64,000 bases of DNA from Thermoanaerobaculia bacterium (GTDB taxonomy: Bacteria > Acidobacteriota > Thermoanaerobaculia > Multivoradales > Multivoraceae): positions 2,368,001 through 2,432,000 of the forward strand of contig OY762911.1 in NCBI GenBank assembly GCA_963666565.1, given 5' to 3'. The notes under the pieces were generated by a model, which saw only the letters and a program-made list of their open reading frames with translations, searched no databases and was not told where the DNA came from. Made by a program: the position numbers and the translations under genes. Each line of letters begins with the position of its first letter. The first letter of the stretch is position 1. Below are positions 8,979 to 19,467 of the stretch, piece after piece.

Positions 8979-11900
8979 ATGCATGCCCTGGCCGGCGCCG
9001 GTTCGGGTTTCCGTGGACCTGTCGCCATCCCGCGTCGCGCCGCGCTCGCGCTCGCCGGGCTGGCGCTCCTGCTCGCCGCGCCCGCCGCCGGCATCGTCTA
9101 CGTCGACCCGGGCGACGCCGTCATGGTGGATCGCGCGCCGATCGTCGTGTTCGGCGAGGTGCGGTCGGTGATGCCGGCGCCCGGCGCCCGCCACCCGTCC
9201 ACCGACGCCGTCTTCGAGGTCGCGCAGGTGCTGAAGGGGAGCGTGCCCGGCGGCGCCATCGTCGTCCGCCAGTTCGGGGGCCTGGGCGACGACGGCGTGT
9301 TCACAAGCATCCGGGGACTGCCGGCGATGGCGCCCGGCGACCGGATGCTGCTCTTCCTCGAGGAGATTCCGGACGCGCGCGACACCGTCGCGTACCGCAC
9401 GGTGGAACTGTCGCTGGGCATGTTCTTCGAGGCGCCGTCGGCCGCGGGCAGGCTGCTCGTGCGCGAGGCCGCCCTTCACGACGAGGCGCCGGCGCTCTCC
9501 GGCGGGGCGGAGGCCGGGCACGAGAGCCGGGGGCCCCGGATGAGCGAGAGTTTCCGCGGCTGGATCGCCGACCGCGCCCGTGGCGAGGAGCGGGAGGCGG
9601 ACTACTTCGCGGCGGCGCCGGCCGGCGAGCCGGTCTCCGTGGCTGCGCCCTACCGGCTGATCTCCTCGCCCTCGGGGTGCGCCGCGCCGGAGCTTCCCAT
9701 TCGCTGGCGGCAGTTCGACCGGGGACGGAGCGTCGGGTTCACGATTCAGGCCGACGGCCAGCCGGGCGTCCCCGGCGGCGGGATCGCGGAGGTGGTACGC
9801 GCGCTGCGGGCCTGGAACGAGGATCCGGAGAGCACCATCGACCTCGCGAACCGGGGCGTCACGAACAGGAAGGCCGAGGTCGTCCGGAGCGACGGCGTCA
9901 ACTCCGTCCTCTTCGAGGACCCGCACGACGTGATTCCGGGCTACTTCCAGGCCAGCACCGGCGGCATTCTGGCGATCGCTCTCGTCCGCTTTCGCTGCGC
10001 GGAGGAGAACCTCCACCGGATCCCCGGCAACAGGGCGCACGAGGCCGTTCCCATTGTCGAGGCCGACATCCTGACCCAGGACGGCTACGGCCGGAGCTGG
10101 GCGGCCCTGAGCCTGAGCCCCGGCAAGGTGCACGAGAGCGTGATGGCGCACGAACTGGGCCATGCGCTGGGGCTTGCCCACTCCTGCGCCCAGGGCTTCG
10201 CCGACACCTGCAGCGCGCTGACCGCCGATTCGCTGATGAAGGCGACCGCCCGCGGCAAGAGCATCTACAAGGGCGGTCAGCCGAACGCCGACGATCTGGC
10301 CGCGGTTCGGTTCCTCTATCCGGCGCACCGCGGTCCCGCGAGCCCCACCGACCTGAACGCCACGACGATCGACCGGCAGAGCATCGAGCTTGTGTGGCAG
10401 GACAACTCGGACGACGAGACGGCCTTCGACATCTTCGAGCGCGAGGTCCATCGGACGGACTTCACGCCGATCGCCAGCGTCGACGCGAACGCGACGTCCT
10501 TCGTCGTCGAGGGCCTGCCGCCCGCGACCTACCGGGCTTACCGGGTGGCGTCGCGGAACGCCGGCGGCCGATCCTCGGCTACCAGCGAAGCCAGCGCGGT
10601 CACGCACGGCGAGACGGGACCGTGCGTCGAGGACGGGCGGACTCTCTGCCTGAACGACGGCAGGTTCCGGGTGACGGCGGAGTGGGCCGCCGCGGACGGC
10701 GCCGGCGGCCAAGGCGGCTCGATGCCGCTGACGCCGGACACGGGCGCCTTCTGGTTCTTCGACTCGGCCAACGTCGAGATGGTGGTGAAGCTGCTCGACG
10801 GCTGCGGCCTGAACGAGCGCTTCTGGGTCTTCGCCGGCGGACTGACGGATACCGAGGTCCGGTTGACCGTGGTCGACACCCGGACCGGCATCGCCGGCAC
10901 CTGGTTCAATCCGGAGGGGACGCTCCTGTCTCCGATTCAGGACAACGAGGCGTTCGAGACCTGCGAACCGGCGACCGAGAACAGCGCGGCGGCGAGCCGT
11001 CCGGCGCCCGCGGAGCGTTCGCGCTCGGCCGGGCGCGCGTCCGATCCCGACCGGGAAGTCCAGCGCGCGCTGGAGCGGTTCCGCGCCGCTCGCGTGCCGG
11101 CGGCACAGGCCGCGCCGGGCGAGTGCGTTGCCGGCGACGAGACCCTCTGCCTGGAGAACGGCCGCTTCCGCGTCCGCCTGCACTGGGAGACCGAGGACGA
11201 GGAAGCGGGCCGCGGCATGGCCCTGCCGCTCAGCGGCGACACCGGGCTGTTCTGGTTCTTCGACGCCGCCAACATCGAGATCGTGATCAAGGTACTCGAT
11301 GGCTGCGCGGTGAACGGCGCCCGCTGGGTGTTCGCGGGAGGTCTGACCGACGTTGCCGTCGAGATGACGGTGGTGGACGTCCTCACCGGCGCCACGCGGA
11401 CCTACGGCAACGCTCTGGGCAGACCGTTTCGCGCCATCAAGGACACGAGGTTCTTCTCGTGTTCCGCCACGGACGATCACGGCGACGCCATCGCGGCGGC
11501 GACGGACATTCCCCTCGAGCGCTCCCTGGCCGGCCACCTGGGGCCCGGCGACAGCGACTTCTTCGTCTTCCGGGTTCCCCGCGCGGGCAGGGTGCAGCTC
11601 CGCACGACGGGCTCGACCGACACCGAGGGCGCGCTGCTGAACGCCGTCGGGGAGGTTCTGGCCAGCGACTCGGATTCGGGGGCCGACGCGAACTTCCGGC
11701 TCGCCGTCCGGGTGGGGCCGGGGACGTACTACGTCCGCGTCACCGGCAAGGACGGCGAAGCGACCGGCGCCTACGAGCTGCACACGGGCTTCTCGGCCAA
11801 CACCGTCATCTCCAAGCGGGACCGCAACGCGCTGATCGCGCTCTACCGGGCGACCGACGGTCCGAACTGGACCGAGAAGGAGAACTGGCTCAGCAACCGG

Positions 11901-12701
11901 CCTCTCGACGAGTGGTACGGCGTGACGACCAACTCGGCCGGGCGCGTGACCTGGCTCGAGCTGAGCTTCAACGGGCTGAAGGGGAGCATCCCGGCCGCGA
12001 TCGGCGACCTGGACCGCCTCCTTGTGCTGCTTCTCGCCGGAAACGAGTTGACGGGATCGATTCCCGGCGAGATCGGGAATCTCCGCGAACTCGTCTTCCT
12101 GTTCCTGCAGTCGAACGAGTTGACCGGGGAGATCCCGGCCGAACTGGGGAGGCTCCGCGACCTGCTTGCTCTGTATCTGCAATCCAACCGGTTGACCGGC
12201 GAGATTCCGCCGGAGTTGGGGCGTCTGCCCCGCCTCGGCTTCCTGGGGTTGGGTCTCAACGCGCTGACCGGCGAGATTCCCGCCTCGTTCCGCAACCTGT
12301 CCGGGCTGACGTACCTGGGGGCGCGGGAGAACGAACTGACCGGCGCGATTCCCGCCTGGCTGGGCGAACTGACGGAACTGACGTGGCTCCTGGTCGGCGA
12401 CAACGAACTCACCGGCGCGATACCGCCGGAACTCGGCAACCTGACGGCTCTCGAGTCGCTCCGCCTGTGGTCCAACCCTCTGACCGGTCCGGTACCGCCC
12501 GAGATCGGCCGCCTCACGGCGTTGACGGAGTTCTACATCCACGACACGGAGCTCTCCGGCGCGCTGCCGGACGAACTCCTCGACGTCGGCGGACTCCAGT
12601 CCTTCTGGTTCCACCTCAGCGAGCTCTGCGCTCCCTCCACCGCCGAGTTCGACGAGTGGCTCGGGGCCATCGAGAACTGGCAGGGGGACCGCTGCGACTG
12701 A
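8979..12701 (+). CDS. Large secreted multidomain protein: M10/matrixin-like metallopeptidase + FN3 + two Cys-bounded repeats + PPC-like domain + plant-type LRRs
   Basis: Signal peptide; HELGHALGLAH zinc motif plus Met-turn; FN3 (WQDNSDDET...YRVASRN); two CL(N/E)xGRFRV...FWFFD.AN.E.V.K.LDGC repeats; DDHGD...GSTDT.G.L; about nine 24-aa LxxLxLxxNxLTGxIPxExG repeats with an RNALIALYRATDGPNW cap. Confidence 0.88.
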   Translation: MHALAGAGSGFRGPVAIPRRAALALAGLALLLAAPAAGIVYVDPGDAVMVDRAPIVVFGEVRSVMPAPGARHPSTDAVFEVAQVLKGSVPGGAIVVRQFGGLGDDGVFTSIRGLPAMAPGDRMLLFLEEIPDARDTVAYRTVELSLGMFFEAPSAAGRLLVREAALHDEAPALSGGAEAGHESRGPRMSESFRGWIADRARGEEREADYFAAAPAGEPVSVAAPYRLISSPSGCAAPELPIRWRQFDRGRSVGFTIQADGQPGVPGGGIAEVVRALRAWNEDPESTIDLANRGVTNRKAEVVRSDGVNSVLFEDPHDVIPGYFQASTGGILAIALVRFRCAEENLHRIPGNRAHEAVPIVEADILTQDGYGRSWAALSLSPGKVHESVMAHELGHALGLAHSCAQGFADTCSALTADSLMKATARGKSIYKGGQPNADDLAAVRFLYPAHRGPASPTDLNATTIDRQSIELVWQDNSDDETAFDIFEREVHRTDFTPIASVDANATSFVVEGLPPATYRAYRVASRNAGGRSSATSEASAVTHGETGPCVEDGRTLCLNDGRFRVTAEWAAADGAGGQGGSMPLTPDTGAFWFFDSANVEMVVKLLDGCGLNERFWVFAGGLTDTEVRLTVVDTRTGIAGTWFNPEGTLLSPIQDNEAFETCEPATENSAAASRPAPAERSRSAGRASDPDREVQRALERFRAARVPAAQAAPGECVAGDETLCLENGRFRVRLHWETEDEEAGRGMALPLSGDTGLFWFFDAANIEIVIKVLDGCAVNGARWVFAGGLTDVAVEMTVVDVLTGATRTYGNALGRPFRAIKDTRFFSCSATDDHGDAIAAATDIPLERSLAGHLGPGDSDFFVFRVPRAGRVQLRTTGSTDTEGALLNAVGEVLASDSDSGADANFRLAVRVGPGTYYVRVTGKDGEATGAYELHTGFSANTVISKRDRNALIALYRATDGPNWTEKENWLSNRPLDEWYGVTTNSAGRVTWLELSFNGLKGSIPAAIGDLDRLLVLLLAGNELTGSIPGEIGNLRELVFLFLQSNELTGEIPAELGRLRDLLALYLQSNRLTGEIPPELGRLPRLGFLGLGLNALTGEIPASFRNLSGLTYLGARENELTGAIPAWLGELTELTWLLVGDNELTGAIPPELGNLTALESLRLWSNPLTGPVPPEIGRLTALTEFYIHDTELSGALPDELLDVGGLQSFWFHLSELCAPSTAEFDEWLGAIENWQGDRCD

Positions 12702-12710
12702 TTCCGACGC

Positions 12711-12752
12711 TGGGTGCGCGGGTCCTCTGACCCGCTGCCGCCGAAGGCGGCC
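12711..12752 (+). repeat. REP-like family 1 copy between convergent genes
   Basis: TGGGTGCGCGGGTCCTCTGACCCGCTGCCGCCGAAGGCGGCC. Confidence 0.9.
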
Positions 12753-12757
12753 AGGAA

Positions 12758-14161
<1,404 letters not shown>

Positions 14162-14208
14162 TCATTCTTGGCTGTAGGATGCGCCGGTTCCACCGGGAGG
14201 GAGTTCGG

Positions 14209-16242
14209 ATGTCGAGGATCGATCGTTGGGCTGCTCCGGGTCTTGCGCTGCTTCTGGCTGGCCTTGCCGCCGCCCCAGCCGCGGCGCAGCACGGCGCGCA
14301 AGACGGCGAGTGGCGCCACTTCGGCGGCGACAGCGGTTCCACCCGCTACTCGCCGCTCGACCGGATCGACCGGGACAACTTCGCCGACCTGGAGGTGGCC
14401 TGGCGTTGGGAGTCCGCCGACGTCCTGCTGAAGGACTTGACCGACAAGACGCCCGGGTCGTACCGGAGCATGCCGCTGATGATCGACGGCGCGGTCTACA
14501 TCGCGACCAACCTGGGCCAGGTCGCGGCGCTCGATCCGGCGACCGGCGAGGCGCTCTGGCTGCACGATCCGAGGGACTGGGAGATCGAGCAGCGGGGCTC
14601 CCTGGTCCAGATCCGCGGCATCGAGTCCTGGACCGACGGCGACGCCGAGCGCATCCTCATCGCGACTCGCGGCGGCCGGCTGGTGTCCATCGACGCGAAG
14701 ACCGGCAGGCCGGATCCGGAGTTCGGCGAGGAGGGCGTCGTCGACCTGATGCAGGGCCTCCTGCCGGGGCGGGCGAACCGGAACATGAACTGGACGGCGC
14801 CGGTCATCGTTGTGGCGGACACGATCGTCGTCGGCGCCACGGTCTTCGACTTTCCGCTCCGCAACAACAACCCGCCCGGCGACGTGCGCGGTTTCGACAT
14901 CCGCACGGGCAAACTGAAGTGGACGTTCCACGCCGTGCCGCGGGAGGGAGAGCCGTACCTCGACACGTGGGAGAACGAATCCTGGCGGAAGATGGGCAAC
15001 ACGAACGTCTGGTCGATGATGAGCGCCGACCGGGAACTCGGCTACGTCTACCTGCCGTTCGGAACGCCGACGAACGACTACTACGGCGGCGACCGGCACG
15101 GCGACAACGTCTACGCCGAGTCGGTCGTATGCCTCGACGCCCGCAACGGCGAGGTGGTCTGGCACTTCCAGACGATCCACCACGGCGTGTGGGACTACGA
15201 CCTGGCGTCGGCGCCGAACCTGATCGACATCACGGTCGACGGCCGCGAGATCGAGGCCGTGGCGGTGGTCTCGAAGGTGGCGATGACCTACGTGTTCGAC
15301 CGGGCGACCGGCGAGCCCGTATGGCCGATCGTGGAGGCGCCGGTCGACTACCACTCGCGGATTCCGGGCGAGAAGCTGTCGCGCACGCAGCCGTTCACGA
15401 CGCGCCCGCCGCCGTTCGAGACGCTCGGCATCGACTACGACGACCTGATCGACTTCACGCCGGAGCTGCGGGCCGAGGCGTTCCGGACGATCCGTGACTA
15501 CGTCATCGGCCCCGTCTTCACGCCGCCGATCGTCCACGGCGAGGACGGCAAGCAGGCCTACCTCCAGAACCCGGGCCCGGGCGGCGGCGCCAACTGGACC
15601 GGCGCCTCCTTCGATCCCGAGACGAACATCCTCTACGTCCCCTCTCTGACGCGCCCGGGCGCGATCTCGCTATCGGCCCCCGACCCGGCGCGCTCCGACT
15701 GGCGCTACTCGATCAACCGCCGGCCGATGCCCAAGGTCAAGGGCCTGCCCCTGCTCAAGCCGCCGTACCGGCGGATCACCGCGTTCGACATGAACCGCGG
15801 CGAGATGCTGTGGCAGGTCCCGCTGGGGGAGGGCCCCCGCAACCACCCGGAGATCGCGCACCTGAACCTCGGCCGGCTCGGCACGCCGCCGCAGGACGGC
15901 GTCGTCACGGAAGGCGGCGTCCTGGTGACGAAGACGCTGGTCGTCTCCATCGAGCCGATCGTCGATGAACTCGGCGACCGCTCGGCTAACGGCAGCTACC
16001 TGGTCGCCTTCGACAAGGCGACCGGCGAACTCCTCGCCCAGGTCCAGGTCGACCGCAGCCTCCACGGCGGCCCGATGACCTACATGCACGAAGGCCGCCA
16101 GTACATCCTCGTCGCCGGCGGCGGCGAACGCCCCGGTCCCGGCCGCTCCATCGCATCGACCGCCATCGCCGACGCACCGCCCCCGCCTCCGCGCCCACCC
16201 CCTCGCAAGTCCGAACTCCTCGCGTTCGCGTTGCCGCAGTAG
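14209..16242 (+). CDS. PQQ-dependent glucose/quinate dehydrogenase-like beta-propeller protein, secreted
   Basis: Signal peptide; WRHFGGD.GSTRYSPLDRI, L.VAWRW, PGDVRGFD.RTG, YYGGDRHGDN, WHFQTIHHGVWDYD, GGANWTG, KPPY, PMTY. Confidence 0.9.
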   Translation: MSRIDRWAAPGLALLLAGLAAAPAAAQHGAQDGEWRHFGGDSGSTRYSPLDRIDRDNFADLEVAWRWESADVLLKDLTDKTPGSYRSMPLMIDGAVYIATNLGQVAALDPATGEALWLHDPRDWEIEQRGSLVQIRGIESWTDGDAERILIATRGGRLVSIDAKTGRPDPEFGEEGVVDLMQGLLPGRANRNMNWTAPVIVVADTIVVGATVFDFPLRNNNPPGDVRGFDIRTGKLKWTFHAVPREGEPYLDTWENESWRKMGNTNVWSMMSADRELGYVYLPFGTPTNDYYGGDRHGDNVYAESVVCLDARNGEVVWHFQTIHHGVWDYDLASAPNLIDITVDGREIEAVAVVSKVAMTYVFDRATGEPVWPIVEAPVDYHSRIPGEKLSRTQPFTTRPPPFETLGIDYDDLIDFTPELRAEAFRTIRDYVIGPVFTPPIVHGEDGKQAYLQNPGPGGGANWTGASFDPETNILYVPSLTRPGAISLSAPDPARSDWRYSINRRPMPKVKGLPLLKPPYRRITAFDMNRGEMLWQVPLGEGPRNHPEIAHLNLGRLGTPPQDGVVTEGGVLVTKTLVVSIEPIVDELGDRSANGSYLVAFDKATGELLAQVQVDRSLHGGPMTYMHEGRQYILVAGGGERPGPGRSIASTAIADAPPPPPRPPPRKSELLAFALPQ

Positions 16243-16333
16243 GCCGTTGGCTGTACGGCGCCGGCTAGTGCCGCCTGCTCTTCGTTCGCTGTCTAGCTCC
16301 CGGCACGCTCGAGTTTGCCTCAGCCCAACGCCT

Positions 16334-16750
16334 CTAGCGGATGAGCTGCGCCGACCCCGCGAGGTGGGCTTCCGCCATGGCTTTGGCGAGCTTCTCGTCG
16401 GCGGTGGCCAGAGGACACGCGAGCTCTTGAGCCAACGCCGCGTAGACGGCGTCGTAGACCGTCAGGTCCAGAGCGAAGGCCAAGGTCCGGGCCGGCCGGA
16501 TGAGTTCGGCCAACGGCGTGAGCACGAGCGGTACCGCCGCCAGGGCCTGGAAGGCAGCGTCCGCCTCGGCTCGTGACAGAACCGCGCGACGAGCCTTCGC
16601 CCAGAGGACGTTTGCCGCCTCCAGCAGCATGAAGTCCGGTGCGTGGAGGACGTCCTTGTCCAGCAGTTCGTACGCGGCGTCGCTGCCTTCTTCGTCGAGC
16701 ACCCACTTGAGCGCGGCGCTCGCGTCGACGACGACTCGTTGAAGCGGCAC
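16334..16750 (-). CDS. vapC: VapC/FitB PIN-domain toxin
   Basis: VVVDASAALKW, E.ANVLW, LTVYDAVYAALA, LATADEKL. Confidence 0.92.
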   Translation of the reverse strand: MPLQRVVVDASAALKWVLDEEGSDAAYELLDKDVLHAPDFMLLEAANVLWAKARRAVLSRAEADAAFQALAAVPLVLTPLAELIRPARTLAFALDLTVYDAVYAALAQELACPLATADEKLAKAMAEAHLAGSAQLIR

Positions 16751-16756
16751 GGCGGA

Positions 16757-17008
16757 TCAGCCCGAGAGATCCCGGGTCCTTCCGTCCCGCAGCTTGCGCA
16801 CAAGTCGTTCGGCGCTTTCGTCCTCGCGTCCGGCGAGCGCCGCGCGAACCGCGTCGAGGCGGGTTCGCGTCGCCTCGCGGTCGACTCCTACGGCCATCGC
16901 CAGCGAACGCCGGGCCTCTTCCTCGGTCGACCGGCCCGCCGTCGCCGCGCGGCGCCGCAGCGCCTGTACGACGGCTTCGTCGACGTTGCGAATGGTGAGT
17001 TGGGCCAT
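16757..17008 (-). CDS. FitA/VapB-like ribbon-helix-helix antitoxin
   Basis: MAQLTIRNVDEAVVQALRRRAATAGRSTEEEARRSL; 6 bp upstream of the PIN toxin. Confidence 0.9.
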   Translation of the reverse strand: MAQLTIRNVDEAVVQALRRRAATAGRSTEEEARRSLAMAVGVDREATRTRLDAVRAALAGREDESAERLVRKLRDGRTRDLSG

Positions 17009-17024
17009 GACCGGAGAGCCTACG

Positions 17025-17050
17025 ATGAAAGCGCTGTCATTGCAATCATC
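17025..17050. promoter_or_regulatory. Candidate TA autoregulatory operator
   Basis: Near-palindrome ATGAAAGC|GCTGTCAT plus ATTGCAAT, 17-40 bp upstream of the antitoxin ATG; AT-rich against background. Confidence 0.45.
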
Positions 17051-17261
17051 TCCTCTCAGTGCGTCCGTTCGACGGCAGGCGGATGCTGCGATCGAGGTTC
17101 AGGGATCCGCCGCCGCGCCGCGCCCCAACCGCGTCCCGCGGTCGCGGCAGGAATCGGCGAACGTGCGGGCTAGGCTAGAGCTTCTCGCGGATCTGCTCCA
17201 GCAACTCAACGATCCGGTCTATCTCGCCTCAGACGAACCCGCCCGGACTCGGCGCGCAAGT

Positions 17262-18542
17262 TCAGGTCGCCGCGACCATGCGCTCGAACTCGCTCCGTCC
17301 GATGATCCTCTTGTTCACGAGTATCGTCTGGATCACCCTGAGCGGCACATGGAAGTAGCGAGCGGCGGCTTCCACGTCGTCGGCGTCGGGCTGGTCCGTG
17401 CGAAGGTACGCACGAAGGCTCTCAAGGGGACACAACAGGGCCTGGGCGAAAGCGCGCTGGAACTTCTGCCGCGCGGAGTTCGTGTCGGACAGGGGCCCTA
17501 GACGGTCTCCGCGGGACCAGAAGATGTCGCCAAGAGCTCGGCAGATCTCAAAACGGCGGGAAGGCGACCGGCTGGTTCTCAGCGACACGAGATGCCGGTT
17601 CTCGCCCGCATGGCGCAGGCGCAGGCCGTACTCCGCGTCGCGCGGCGCCAGTCGAATCTTCTTGGCCACGTCGAAGCCAACCACATCGCTCAGCAGGCGA
17701 TTGCGCAAGGGCTCCGTTGGACGCCCGATGTGGTCGCGCAGTTGTCGCGCGGCATTTTCCGCCAACCGCCACGGTTCGCGCCCGGACGCGACATCGACCC
17801 TTATCGCGGCTTCCGGTACCGGGCTCTCCAACCGGATTGCCGAGTTCCGAGCGACTTCGATCTCTCGTTGCAGCACGGCAGCCGCGTCGTCTCGTTGCGT
17901 AGCCAGTGCGGCTTCTTGTACACCGTCCAAGCCGTACTCGTCCGCCAACACGCCAAGCGCTGCCATCAGCTCGTCCGGTGCTTCGTCCTGATCGAAACCG
18001 AGCTGCGCCTCGAGTCTTCGCCAGGCGGCGGTCTCCGGGTCAGTTCGCTCGGCCACTAGACGCCGGAAACAGGCCCCCAGCGCGGTGCCGTCCGGCGTGT
18101 CCGACCGCAGGAGAAGCTTGACGAAGGAGTCCACGCCATCCTCGAAGCTCGTCGCTCGGATCAGGAAGTCGCCGTGAGATCGGTACCGTGGGGACGAGCC
18201 CGGCTTGTCTGCCCGCACCGCAACACCGACCCGGTCGCCCTCACTCCAGAGGGTAATGCGCGGCCAGCAGTAGCCGCCGCCGACTGACGAGATGTCGTGC
18301 GCCAGTCGCCACTCAGGAGTGAAGTCGATCAGGGGATCCGGTTCCCAACGAATTCGCCACCAGTTGTCGATCAGCCAGAACGCTAGCGCTTCCGCGGGAA
18401 CCTCCAGCCAGTCGTCCGGAGAGGAGTTGCCAGGTCTCTCGAGGCGCGTAAGGACTTGATCGCCCGCACTGATCCTGACGCGGCACAGGTCACCGTCGAT
18501 GCTGTTCCGCAGCGGGGTGGACTCAATCTGGAACTCAGGCAT
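17262..18542 (-). CDS. Hypothetical protein with C-terminal ImmA/IrrE-like region lacking canonical HExxH
   Basis: ATG 18542 overlaps upstream stop (ATGCCTGA); AFWLIDNWWRIRWEP, RRFEICRALGD, RQKFQRAFAQALLCP, AARYFHVP resemble ImmA/IrrE C-termini. Confidence 0.6.
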   Translation of the reverse strand: MPEFQIESTPLRNSIDGDLCRVRISAGDQVLTRLERPGNSSPDDWLEVPAEALAFWLIDNWWRIRWEPDPLIDFTPEWRLAHDISSVGGGYCWPRITLWSEGDRVGVAVRADKPGSSPRYRSHGDFLIRATSFEDGVDSFVKLLLRSDTPDGTALGACFRRLVAERTDPETAAWRRLEAQLGFDQDEAPDELMAALGVLADEYGLDGVQEAALATQRDDAAAVLQREIEVARNSAIRLESPVPEAAIRVDVASGREPWRLAENAARQLRDHIGRPTEPLRNRLLSDVVGFDVAKKIRLAPRDAEYGLRLRHAGENRHLVSLRTSRSPSRRFEICRALGDIFWSRGDRLGPLSDTNSARQKFQRAFAQALLCPLESLRAYLRTDQPDADDVEAAARYFHVPLRVIQTILVNKRIIGRSEFERMVAAT

Positions 18543-19047
18543 TGCGGAAACCGTACTGGAGCCGGCAGAACTCCGCTGCGTTTTGGTCGATCTGTGTTCC
18601 GTGTTCCTGCGCCCACGGTGCGAAGCGGTCAAAGATCTGGCTCGCGATGGCCTCCGTCTGGCGAAGTGGGTAGCCGTGGTACTCGCACAGCGTTGCGTTC
18701 GTCTGCCGGAGCTCGAACATCCAGCCGTCGTCCGCGACGGTCCAGATGATGCGGCCTTCTTTGTCGACCAGTCCAGCCTTGATGCCTCGACGAATCATCT
18801 TTGGGATAGTTCGCATGTCCTCGGGCTGAAAACCGGCATCCCGATCGCACAGCGTAGCGTCCCCCCTGGAGCCGGTGAGCTGCGGGAGGTTGTACAGGTG
18901 CGGGTGGCTTTTGTGTTTTGGACTCCCCTTGTACGTCGCTGCGGCGCGGAGGTGGTCCAGCAGTGCTGACGGAGGATCCGCCGCCAGCCTGCGCTTGTCG
19001 TTGTTGGACCGGCGTGGCGGCAGGTCGCTTGGCTGTGGTCGTCGCAT
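18535..19047 (-). CDS. Hypothetical protein, possible nuclease-like toxin
   Basis: 170 aa, lower GC than flanks; YKGSPKHK, ATLCD, IWTV..GWMFE, EYHGYPL; coupled to the downstream gene. Confidence 0.6.
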   Translation of the reverse strand: MRRPQPSDLPPRRSNNDKRRLAADPPSALLDHLRAAATYKGSPKHKSHPHLYNLPQLTGSRGDATLCDRDAGFQPEDMRTIPKMIRRGIKAGLVDKEGRIIWTVADDGWMFELRQTNATLCEYHGYPLRQTEAIASQIFDRFAPWAQEHGTQIDQNAAEFCRLQYGFRNA

Positions 19048-19103
19048 CGTTGAACCCGGCTCTGTCTTGGCACCGCTACATGCGAGGCGGGCGACGGCGG
19101 ACT

Positions 19104-19337
19104 CTACTGCATCGGACTCTGCTTTCGGGCCGAAGGGGTCTGGCCCTGGTCAGACTGCCCGAAGAGCAGTTTCGTCGGAGTCAGGATCGCGCGGGGGACT
19201 TCGTAGGACGTTGCGGCGATCCGGCGCCGCTCCTCCGTTTCGGCCTTCTTGGGCTGGTAGGTCGGCGACCGCAGCTTCAGCGTCAGCGGTTCCGTCAGTG
19301 CGGCCTTGGGACGCCGGACCTTGCTCTTCCGCCTCAT
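19104..19337 (-). CDS. Small basic hypothetical protein, possibly an IS-associated ORF remnant
   Basis: GGAGG RBS before ATG 19337; LRSPTYQPKKAETEE..IAATSYEVPRAIL. Confidence 0.4.
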   Translation of the reverse strand: MRRKSKVRRPKAALTEPLTLKLRSPTYQPKKAETEERRRIAATSYEVPRAILTPTKLLFGQSDQGQTPSARKQSPMQ

Positions 19338-19467
19338 CGACCGTCCTCCCGGACCGATGATAGCCGAACGGCTACGTTGATCCTGCTCCCACAGGGCGCG
19401 TCCGTCCGGCGCTCCGTCGAAGGCGGCTACAACCACCGCCGCCACGCCACGCCGCGGCGTGCCGGCG

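Noticed and set aside
16243-16333. GTTGGCT...GCCCAAC inverted repeat after vapC as an integron attC site
   Set aside because: Core order is GTT...AAC, opposite to attC (AAC...GTT); no integrase or cassette array.
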